From IMG/VR virus record IMGVR_UViG_3300032249_001164, positions 1 through 64,000 of that record: a DNA stretch of 64,000 nt. The stretch is one strand, 5' to 3'. Of this stretch, positions 56,844 through 64,000 are shown piece by piece. Source of the stretch: a virus. The notes under the pieces are model-generated. The model was given only the letters and a program-made list of their open reading frames with translations. It ran no database searches and was not told the DNA's origin. The number at the start of each line of letters is the position of its first letter. The stretch's first letter is position 1. A program made the translations under genes and the position numbers.

Positions 56844-57056
56844 TTAATCAGCTTTTATCAACTTAACATCCTCTAAGCCGTAAGCCACTACCATGTCAGG
56901 ATTCCGAAGGTAGGAACGTGTAGCCCGGAAGACATTTTCTGCACCCTTGAGAGTCTTAAAGTATTCATGGCTCCAGCGGCCCCTGGACTTTGTTGCAACA
57001 CAGAAGGTTGCATCCTTCTCGACTTGCCTTCCTGATGGAAGCGTGAAACTAGCCAT
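56844..57056 (-). CDS. small early protein
   Basis: Clean ORF after hairpin element. Confidence 0.6.
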   Translation of the reverse strand: MASFTLPSGRQVEKDATFCVATKSRGRWSHEYFKTLKGAENVFRATRSYLRNPDMVVAYGLEDVKLIKAD

Positions 57057-57090
57057 AGCAAAAACAAAACAAGGTAACTAAGGTTTACAG

Positions 57091-57118
57091 TGCAGGTTTC
57101 CGGTACTCCTACAAACTT
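57091..57118 (-). promoter_or_regulatory. conserved hairpin element, copy A
   Basis: AAGTTT-GTAGG-AGTACCGGAAA-CCTGC. Confidence 0.7.
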
Positions 57119-57130
57119 ACTCATCAAAGT

Positions 57131-57367
57131 TTAAGCAATATCCCTAAGATGCCGAAACTGATGGTTAAAGACCATTTTTTGATCCAAGTCGTAGATCGTC
57201 AACGGGCCGAATTCGGCCACGAAAGACTGAGGTGTGGAAAAAGTCTGGCGATTACAATTTCCCACTTGCTGGCATCCGAATCGAAGGTATTTCGCAAACC
57301 TTCGAGTTTTTTTCTTGTTACGTGAAATTGCAATATCGAAATTACTGACAGCAAAGTAAATTGTCAT
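57131..57367 (-). CDS. small early protein
   Basis: First gene after promoter cassette 1. Confidence 0.55.
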   Translation of the reverse strand: MTIYFAVSNFDIAISRNKKKTRRFAKYLRFGCQQVGNCNRQTFSTPQSFVAEFGPLTIYDLDQKMVFNHQFRHLRDIA

Positions 57368-57389
57368 AGCCTGTAATGTGTAAAGTGTG

Positions 57390-57495
57390 GAGCCGGACAA
57401 GCTGTAACTTCCCCGGCTGATCTAATAATACCCCAGCGGCGCCATTTTGTCAAGCCAGGATGCCTGCAAAGTTAGCGGACTGTAACAATAATTTC
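57390..57495 (-). promoter_or_regulatory. early promoter cassette 1
   Basis: TTATTGTTAC-N5-GCTAACTTTGCAGG, then TTGACA-17-TATTAT, then GCCGGGGAAGTTACAG hairpin. Confidence 0.85.
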
Positions 57496-57627
57496 CAGGG
57501 CTACCCGTGAGGTTAAGGGCCGTTTGCCTGTAAAACCAGGCCCGCCCCATCGCTTAACCTGTAGATTTAGCGATCACAACATGTGAGGTTGCGGGATAGT
57601 GAATATACAAGCTTTAGCCCTTAGCCT

Positions 57628-58047
57628 TCAACCCATGACCCGTGGGCTGTTATCGACAGCAACAAAATCCCTTGTCGCAACTGGTACGCCAGCAGCATCG
57701 TAATCTGGATGCCGGTCTCCATCTGCGTCTACGATCCAACAATCAACCATGTGACATCTACCGGAACAAACTGGCACCATATACCTGAAAGTCGGCTTGC
57801 TTTTGTTAAAAATCCAGCCCTGGATCTCGTACATTAAATGTTTACTGACAAATGGTGGCAAGCCTTGCTCCAGAATCCAATCAAGGCTTTGCCCCTTCTC
57901 TAATGCAAAACTGGCGCGATAACTGTTTGAACTACTACAAAAGTCTTCAATCTTTACGCCAGACAAATCAACAAGATACGCACTGCTGATTCCAAAGTAA
58001 AGACTGTCAGTGTTGACAACTGTGAGGCTTGGGGATGTGAGATCCAT
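57628..58047 (-). CDS. early hypothetical protein
   Basis: 139 aa ORF in early cluster. Confidence 0.6.
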   Translation of the reverse strand: MDLTSPSLTVVNTDSLYFGISSAYLVDLSGVKIEDFCSSSNSYRASFALEKGQSLDWILEQGLPPFVSKHLMYEIQGWIFNKSKPTFRYMVPVCSGRCHMVDCWIVDADGDRHPDYDAAGVPVATRDFVAVDNSPRVMG

Positions 58048-58166
58048 AATACAAAAAAGCGAAAGCGATGGTAGAATTGTAAATCCTGTAGACGACTTTT
58101 ACTGCTCAACCTCTTTAGCTGAACCTGCATACTCCCGGCACAACTCAATCAACTTTCTGCCTGAGA

Positions 58167-58532
58167 TCATGCAATCTTCATTGATCGAAAAGTGATGCAC
58201 TCAGGCATCATGAATATCTCGCCACCTGCGAGCTGATCCCACCGCGCTGGGTACATAGCCTCCAGCATGTCCTGCCAGCGCTCCTTCGTGACCCTGGAAG
58301 GGCCCGTGCAGTACCTTTGACGTGCAAGGTCCTGGCTTAACCTTTGAGCCTCCTCCCAGGGGCACAGGAAGGCATCTGGCGAAACCAATCCCCGTGACTT
58401 CAGTTCGTCCAATGTCTGCTTTCCGAACATGCAGACAGGAACGTTAGGGTCGGGACCTGGAACCATGAAACTGTAAATGCCGGTGCTGTACTTTGACTTT
58501 GGATCAAAACAACATACTTCAGAGGTTGTCAT
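58167..58532 (-). CDS. DUF1419-like early protein, possibly frameshifted at 3' end
   Basis: VTKERWQDMLEAMYPARW...FMMPE. Confidence 0.5.
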   Translation of the reverse strand: MTTSEVCCFDPKSKYSTGIYSFMVPGPDPNVPVCMFGKQTLDELKSRGLVSPDAFLCPWEEAQRLSQDLARQRYCTGPSRVTKERWQDMLEAMYPARWDQLAGGEIFMMPECITFRSMKIA

Positions 58533-58906
58533 TGCGGAAACAGAATGTGTGGGGTAATTTCAAAGGTTGCACCTGGAAACTGATCGGCATAAACGCCTGA
58601 CCTACAAGTAGCATCCTCATAAGTCACCCGAGAAGCAAGAAGCTTCCAGTTACCTTCGTCATCCAAAACCGAGAGATTATACTCCTCGTAACTAACGTCT
58701 AAATCCTTCATGAATTTGGGGCACATGTCAGTAAATAGCTTTTGGTTTTGGGGTCTTACTCTTCCAGTGTGGCTTGGAAGAGCTAACTATCATGTAGCAA
58801 GCTCCAATACCAGGAAGCCAACCTGTAACCAACCTTTTACCAGCAGGAAGGCGATCTTCCAGGCTCCTGAGATCAACCTTTCCTGCTGGCTTCCAGTTTT
58901 GCTGCT

Positions 58907-59239
58907 TCATCGGTTTAAGCTCCCAATCGCAAATGGAACATTCCCTGGATTAACCCCTGCTCTAAGCGGCCTAATTCTTTCGACTAGAGCCTTGATTCTG
59001 TCAATTCGACGCCAGTAACGTTCAGCTCCGAACTTGCGGTAAAACTCTTCATGCCTGTAATCATGACGCTGTGCGCTCCAAAGCCATAAAAAACAATAAT
59101 GACCGTACACCTTGTCAGATATACGGTCCCATTGCTTTAAGCTCTCCATTTGGGCTAGAGAGTGATCCAAGAAATAGGAAAGTTCAGTGGAAACTGGAAA
59201 GAGTTGTCTCCAGCGTTCAGCGATAGCCATAACAAGCAA
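58907..59239 (-). CDS. early hypothetical protein
   Basis: Coupled to downstream small ORFs 58728-58910 and 58529-58726. Confidence 0.55.
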   Translation of the reverse strand: MLVMAIAERWRQLFPVSTELSYFLDHSLAQMESLKQWDRISDKVYGHYCFLWLWSAQRHDYRHEEFYRKFGAERYWRRIDRIKALVERIRPLRAGVNPGNVPFAIGSLNR

Positions 59240-59257
59240 GCGAGTGGATGGTTGAAG

Positions 59258-59812
59258 CTAGGCGAGTTCACCTAGTTCAGTAAACAGGTAATCATTAGCC
59301 TTGATGGTTTCGACTACCTGCTCTCGGCTGGTTTGGTACTCGTATTCATCACGCAAAATTAGCAAATAATCTTCAAGCAGCTCCTTAGCAAAGTCGGCTT
59401 CAATCTCTTCGGCTTCGTCTTCACGCTTGAAATCTGCAAGCCAGTCTTTAGGCTTCCAGTGACTGGCAGAAGGGTCAGCCTGCTGGGTTTGAGTTCCGTA
59501 CCATTCTACAAAGGCTGCAATGTATTGCTTATGGTATGCAATGGCAGTTTGGAAAGTGCGCCATTCCTTGCCGTGATTTTTTCGTATTGACTTGCAAACA
59601 TCAAGCAGGTATTCGTTAAGCTTTCCCTCGATTGTTCTGCGTTCAATGTCGAACTCTACAATCTTTAGCCCAATAAGCTCGGCGTTCTCGTACGTTGAAT
59701 CCCGCCAATCATAATGTACGTTGACATCATGCAAGTTGGAGATTGCTGCCTCTTGAGCTTCTTTACTAAGCTCATCGAACCTGTAAAGCGTGATTAGCTT
59801 GATGACTGGCAT
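59258..59812 (-). CDS. acidic early protein
   Basis: LYRFDELSKEAQEAA...EYEYQTS.E...ETIKANDYLFT..G, a recurrent phage/plasmid early family. Confidence 0.7.
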   Translation of the reverse strand: MPVIKLITLYRFDELSKEAQEAAISNLHDVNVHYDWRDSTYENAELIGLKIVEFDIERRTIEGKLNEYLLDVCKSIRKNHGKEWRTFQTAIAYHKQYIAAFVEWYGTQTQQADPSASHWKPKDWLADFKREDEAEEIEADFAKELLEDYLLILRDEYEYQTSREQVVETIKANDYLFTELGELA

Positions 59813-59849
59813 GGCTGTAAATAACAAGGTGTGAGGGTGCGATAAAAGC

Positions 59850-60368
59850 TCAATTATACAAACGAAAGTCTTTGAACGGGAGAATACGGCTCTTTATTTC
59901 GTCAACCTGCTTAGCTAGTCTGTCAATTTCGTTCATATCGTCTAATACGGCTTCAGGCTCGTAACCTGTCTGCAAGATGCCATCGCCCATTTCATCGCCC
60001 AGGATACCGTTACTGATGGCCGCAACATATATATAGCCCTTCATGTACGACGTTCTGCCCTGAAACTGATAGCATTTATCAATCTCAAGATTTAGCCAGT
60101 AGGAGTTTACAAGAAAGTGGAACCTAAAACCTTCATTGTAAGACCCTGAGTCTTTATCAAAAAACAAGTCACAATCCCTAAGTGCTTGATCTACAACTGC
60201 AGCACACTTTTTTGTAAGTGAGCCGCTCGCAAGCTGCACTTTTTTGCCCTTGAACCCCTCAAGCGCAAGCTTAAGCTTGGCTCTCGCTTCGTTAAGCTTT
60301 GCGTGAACAGCGTTGCGTGTTGCAACCTCTAACCTTAGCTTGTCAAGATAGGCTTGCGAAGTTTTCAT
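59850..60368 (-). CDS. early hypothetical protein
   Basis: 172 aa ORF. Confidence 0.65.
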   Translation of the reverse strand: MKTSQAYLDKLRLEVATRNAVHAKLNEARAKLKLALEGFKGKKVQLASGSLTKKCAAVVDQALRDCDLFFDKDSGSYNEGFRFHFLVNSYWLNLEIDKCYQFQGRTSYMKGYIYVAAISNGILGDEMGDGILQTGYEPEAVLDDMNEIDRLAKQVDEIKSRILPFKDFRLYN

Positions 60369-60407
60369 GACAGTGTGATGATGATTTTAACAAATTAGAG
60401 ATAAAAC

Positions 60408-60767
60408 TCAAGTATTGATCGTGCCATCCGCACGAATGCACATCAACATCCCTTGCATGGTGCCTGTAATGCTGCCCTCAGGAATGTAGAAAGTTTCGCC
60501 GCCAACCTTTAAAGCCTTTTGTTCGTAGTAAAAACTATCAATTACCTCTGGTAGGGTTTTACCCTTGAGACTGTCGTAGGACAGTATCCGAACTGCAATC
60601 TTTGCCCACTGAGCGTCAGTAACAAAAAATGGATTAACTCTTAAATACCAGTGACCGGGTTTCATGTCACGTCCAACGTAAGAGCTAAAGTTGCTGCATT
60701 TTACGAGTAACTCGTAGGTTGTAGGATCCTGCCGCTTAAGTGCTGTGAAATCGCTGTAAATAGCCAT
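60408..60767 (-). CDS. early hypothetical protein
   Basis: Likely start MAIYSDF after hairpin copy B. Confidence 0.6.
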   Translation of the reverse strand: MAIYSDFTALKRQDPTTYELLVKCSNFSSYVGRDMKPGHWYLRVNPFFVTDAQWAKIAVRILSYDSLKGKTLPEVIDSFYYEQKALKVGGETFYIPEGSITGTMQGMLMCIRADGTINT

Positions 60768-60807
60768 CGCTGAAATGAGTAAAGAATGAGTAAGATTGGT
60801 TTGGAGG

Positions 60808-60834
60808 GCGGATTTCCGGCACTTCCGCAAACTT
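60808..60834 (-). promoter_or_regulatory. conserved hairpin element, copy B
   Basis: AAGTTT-GCGGA-AGTGCCGGAAA-TCCGC. Confidence 0.7.
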
Positions 60835-61155
60835 ACGGGACGCAATCAGGTCCAACCAGTGTTTAAGCTGTAAGATTCGTAGCCAGATCGGCTAGACACC
60901 CACTTCCAGTAGTCAAGCTCCGATGTCCGACCATCGAGTAGGCAAGCCTTATGCACTGAGCGTGCAAAAGTTGGGTGGCCATCTTCGCAACCGCCCCACG
61001 TAGCCTCAAGTTCATCAGCAGACAGAGTGCAAGACATCACACATCCCTGTGACAAACTTCGGCTGCAATGAAACGAAGCGCAACGTAGCTATCACAGGTA
61101 GAACCCGCGATTTGCCCTTTAGTAGTCATAGCAATAAAGCGCAAAGTGTAAGGTC

Positions 61156-61182
61156 GCGAGTTTCCGGTACTCTCGTAAACTT
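61156..61182 (-). promoter_or_regulatory. conserved hairpin element, copy C
   Basis: AAGTTT-ACGAG-AGTACCGGAAA-CTCGC. Confidence 0.7.
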
Positions 61183-61234
61183 CAAGGTTGAATCAGAGCA
61201 TTGAAAACCTCCCGCAAGATGTAAACTGTGAAGT

Positions 61235-61345
61235 TGGTTGGGGCTTGGCCTGCAAGCTCCCCGACCTGACACCATAATAACCGATTGGCTTGCGGATGTC
61301 AAGCGCAAAACCCTGTAAAGTTAGCACACCGTAACAATAAAATTG
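61235..61345 (-). promoter_or_regulatory. early promoter cassette 2
   Basis: TTATTGTTAC-N5-GCTAACTTTACAGG, TTGACA-17-TATTAT, GTCGGGGAGCTTGCAG hairpin. Confidence 0.85.
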
Positions 61346-61409
61346 CCCCGATTTTGCCTCCAAATCTGTCTCGATTGCCTGCAAAGTTGCGGGATAGTGA
61401 ACCTGTAGC

Positions 61410-61667
61410 CTACAGCCTTGAACTTACTGGCGCTCCCTGCCAAACCTCAATATCTCCGCTCCAGGAGCTAACAGCAGCAATTGCAACAGTCATGCCAATT
61501 TTTATGTCAAACAGTAACTTGCGATCATCCGTCGTGCAACGATAGATAAATTCGTCGCGAACAGAAGTTGCGGCCCTGTTGCGAGCAATGGAGAACGTGA
61601 GACCCGTCTTATTGTCGTAACATGTAACTTTTTCGATGGAGCGCAGCCACCTGGGAGTCTTATCCAT
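61410..61667 (-). CDS. early hypothetical protein
   Basis: Overlap-coupled to upstream gene. Confidence 0.55.
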   Translation of the reverse strand: MDKTPRWLRSIEKVTCYDNKTGLTFSIARNRAATSVRDEFIYRCTTDDRKLLFDIKIGMTVAIAAVSSWSGDIEVWQGAPVSSRL

Positions 61668-62196
61668 TGCAGCTGACCCCCCAGCCTTGGTGCCAGGTTT
61701 TTGACTCTTTAATCTGATTAAGCATCGTGTCGCACAGCAACTTTGCTTTTTCAGGTGTTAACATACGAGGCTCATTTCCAGTAAAACTTGATGCTCCCCA
61801 ACAACGCACAGCATCCATGTACGCAAGAGCACGTACTACTGGCGACTCAGCAAGAAACTCCATCAACAAGCCTTCGTAAGTCGCATCACAGATTTTACTC
61901 TGCTGGAGCAATTTTACAGGATTGCCGAACCAAGCTTCATGGTCAGGGTGGAAATTGTTGTCAGACAAACCATCAAGGCCGTTCTCATGTTTAATCCTGG
62001 TGACTCGATCCAGTAGGATCGTCTCTATCTGGTGCTGGCATTCGCCCACACTACCTGAAAGGTGCTCCAGAATCAATAACTCAGGAGTGTAAATCCCTGT
62101 CCTATCAACCAGGACAAAACCACCTCCATGTTCAAATGGATCGCCCTGATCTTTAATGTTTGCAACGCACCAGTAGCTTGGCTGATCTGTCGTCAT
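61660..62196 (-). CDS. early hypothetical protein
   Basis: ANI..GDPFEHGG.FV..D.TG.Y.PE motif. Confidence 0.65.
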   Translation of the reverse strand: MTTDQPSYWCVANIKDQGDPFEHGGGFVLVDRTGIYTPELLILEHLSGSVGECQHQIETILLDRVTRIKHENGLDGLSDNNFHPDHEAWFGNPVKLLQQSKICDATYEGLLMEFLAESPVVRALAYMDAVRCWGASSFTGNEPRMLTPEKAKLLCDTMLNQIKESKTWHQGWGVSCNG

Positions 62197-62567
62197 AGTT
62201 AAGCCGCAATGAGTTCAGCGTTTAGGTGTAAAATGGGTTATCCCAGGACTGAGCCTGGTGATCGGTGATTCGACCATCACGGTGCAGGGTGTCAATGAAA
62301 ATGCACCAAGCCTCGGCGGCTTCTGGCTTGTCTTGTGGATCAAACCTAAAGCGCTCGTTAAAAAGCCTTTTGGCTAGCGACTTGTTCATTTGATTTTGCA
62401 GCGAAGTACGTTGCCAAAGATTGGATGTATAAACGCAAGCTCTGGCGTACCAGAGCCACAAGCAAGCATTCGATTATTCATTTCAACGACCAACTTAATA
62501 ATAACGAACCAAGTCAATAAAATAATCAACCCAGAAATCGCAACTTCAGTAAAAACTCGTTTAAGCA

Positions 62568-62846
62568 TTAGTGGTATGCAGTGGGAGCAAGTACAAAATA
62601 GTAGCCTTCGTGATCACTCCCCCTAGCAACGATCTTGTAGCTAGCAAGATAGCCGGCAGATTCTGGCCCCGTAAATTTATCCATCCAAATTTTGACGACT
62701 TCTATTGGATCTGTATTTGAGTCAATAGAGTCCATTGTGCAAACCTTCCAAGTCGTGCTTGCGTCACGCTTGTGTTTAGCGATTAACTTGAAACGCCCGG
62801 CTGAGCTACAAGAATTTTCGACTCGAACGCAAATGCCAATGTCCAT
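62568..62846 (-). CDS. early hypothetical protein
   Basis: Clean ORF with pyrimidine-rich leader. Confidence 0.6.
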   Translation of the reverse strand: MDIGICVRVENSCSSAGRFKLIAKHKRDASTTWKVCTMDSIDSNTDPIEVVKIWMDKFTGPESAGYLASYKIVARGSDHEGYYFVLAPTAYH

Positions 62847-63057
62847 AGCAATGAAATGTGAAATGTGAAACTGAAAGTAATCAGTAATTGTCGGTTAAAA
62901 TATCAAGCACATCTTGCACGTCGTCCGTAGAATTAGCTTGAATAAACTCTCTGGCGATAAGCTCCCAACTAAACCGACCCTCTTCGGCAAGTTCAACTAA
63001 GGTGGAACGTGGATCTTGTGTTTTGTGTGGCATGACCTGGAAAGTGCAAACAGTGGA

Positions 63058-63162
63058 TGTGCCGAGGCTGTAATTTCCCCGACCCATCTACTATACCACG
63101 GCGACCCGCTTTTAGCAAGCCCAGAACCCTGTAAAGTTAGCAAAATGTAACAATAAAATTCT
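63058..63162 (-). promoter_or_regulatory. early promoter cassette 3
   Basis: TTATTGTTAC-N5-GCTAACTTTACAGG, TTGCTA-17-TATAGT (extended -10), GTCGGGGAAATTACAG hairpin. Confidence 0.85.
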
Positions 63163-63216
63163 CGATTTTCGCAAGGTTAAGGACGCCGAGCCTGCAGATT
63201 CCAGCCGCCTCAACCC

Positions 63217-63750
63217 TTAAGCTTTAGCGGAGGTAGTCGGCTTGCCACTTTTCTTTTTTTCTTCCAGCAACCTGACAAGCTCTGACATCGAAAGTCCATT
63301 GAGCGGCTTATGGTTGAATTGACCCGCCGCCATCCGCTTTAAGTTTTCACCTGTGTTTCCTGGTGGAATTCCCCAGTCCAGAATCTGGCCTTTATCCCCC
63401 AACGTCATCAGCGTATTCTTGCACCTTTGCAGCAGCTCAAACGCTACAAAGTGCAATTTAATCCATTCGTGTAAGCTAGCTTCCGTTGCATCATGCCTTG
63501 CGTCATCGAATTTGTGGTCTGGAACCTGCGATTCCCAGCCCTCTTTCAGTTCAACTGGCTGAAGCTCTGCAACTCTCAAGCCCTCCTTGGTAGCATACCA
63601 GGTCAAAACATCAATTCTTCTTGAGTGGCTGGTCCATTCAAAAATGCCTGGACCTATAAACGCAACCTTTTTGCCGTTCACGTTCAAGTTGCATGTGTGC
63701 CCCCCTTCGCAACGGCGAACGCTTTTGACTTCGAGTAGCAAGTTTTGCAT
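63217..63750 (-). CDS. early hypothetical protein
   Basis: 177 aa ORF; CNLNVNGKKVAF. Confidence 0.65.
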   Translation of the reverse strand: MQNLLLEVKSVRRCEGGHTCNLNVNGKKVAFIGPGIFEWTSHSRRIDVLTWYATKEGLRVAELQPVELKEGWESQVPDHKFDDARHDATEASLHEWIKLHFVAFELLQRCKNTLMTLGDKGQILDWGIPPGNTGENLKRMAAGQFNHKPLNGLSMSELVRLLEEKKKSGKPTTSAKA

Positions 63751-64000
63751 TGTTGAGTTCAGTGAATAAGATCGATGTACCGAGGTAAAAAGTCAACACT
63801 GATTTTACTGCCATCATTCCAAGCGGCTACTGGGGCATGGTGCCAAGTACCAAGCCACAAAGCTGCAACCTTTGACACCTTGCTTTCATCCCTCCAAGGG
63901 TAGAAAACGACAACTATGGATACTCCAATGGAAACTCCATTGCCAAGCGTTTGCTCCGTAAACTCAATCGAGTTAACTGCCTTGAACCTGTCGTCCGCCT

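Noticed and set aside
57085-57130. Hammerhead ribozyme (UUGAUGAG...GAAAC)
   Set aside because: Stem II does not close properly, the core begins U not C, and the two sister elements lack the UGAUGA part.
1-64000. tRNA, rRNA, integrase or att site, anti-phage defence genes, base-modification (purZ-type) pathway
   Set aside because: None recognised by eye; tRNAscan-SE and HMM searches would be needed to exclude divergent cases.

Overview
The whole window reads as part of a tailed dsDNA cyanophage genome (siphovirus-type, probably infecting a Synechococcus/Cyanobium-like picocyanobacterium). No integrase or host flank is visible, so prophage versus free phage cannot be decided. Layout: (1) 1-7.4 kb, minus strand: recombination/replication module with two SSBs, a degenerate PD-(D/E)XK nuclease, a Rad52/Sak annealase, DnaB, and an initiator carrying internal iterons. 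(2) 7.6-11.1 kb, plus strand: phage sigma-70-family factor and an inverted structural-type gene. (3) 11.1-42.5 kb, minus strand: lysis, tail, head, portal and TerL. (4) 42.7-52.5 kb: nucleotide metabolism and host-derived genes (nblA-like, thyX, tmk, intein-containing dcd, an L,D-transpeptidase, a primase Zn finger). (5) 53-56.8 kb: a 50-unit in-phase heptamer array and TGAATGG repeats beside a wHTH protein and a TerS-like gene. (6) 56.8-64 kb: small early genes punctuated by a repeated operator-promoter-hairpin cassette and a repeated covarying hairpin. Most notable: the heptamer array, the early-region repeated regulatory elements, a -10-only late promoter set matching a sigma factor with a degenerate region 4.2, single in-frame stops in nblA and tmk, and a probable +1 tail chaperone frameshift. 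All assignments come from motif recognition by eye; no searches were run.
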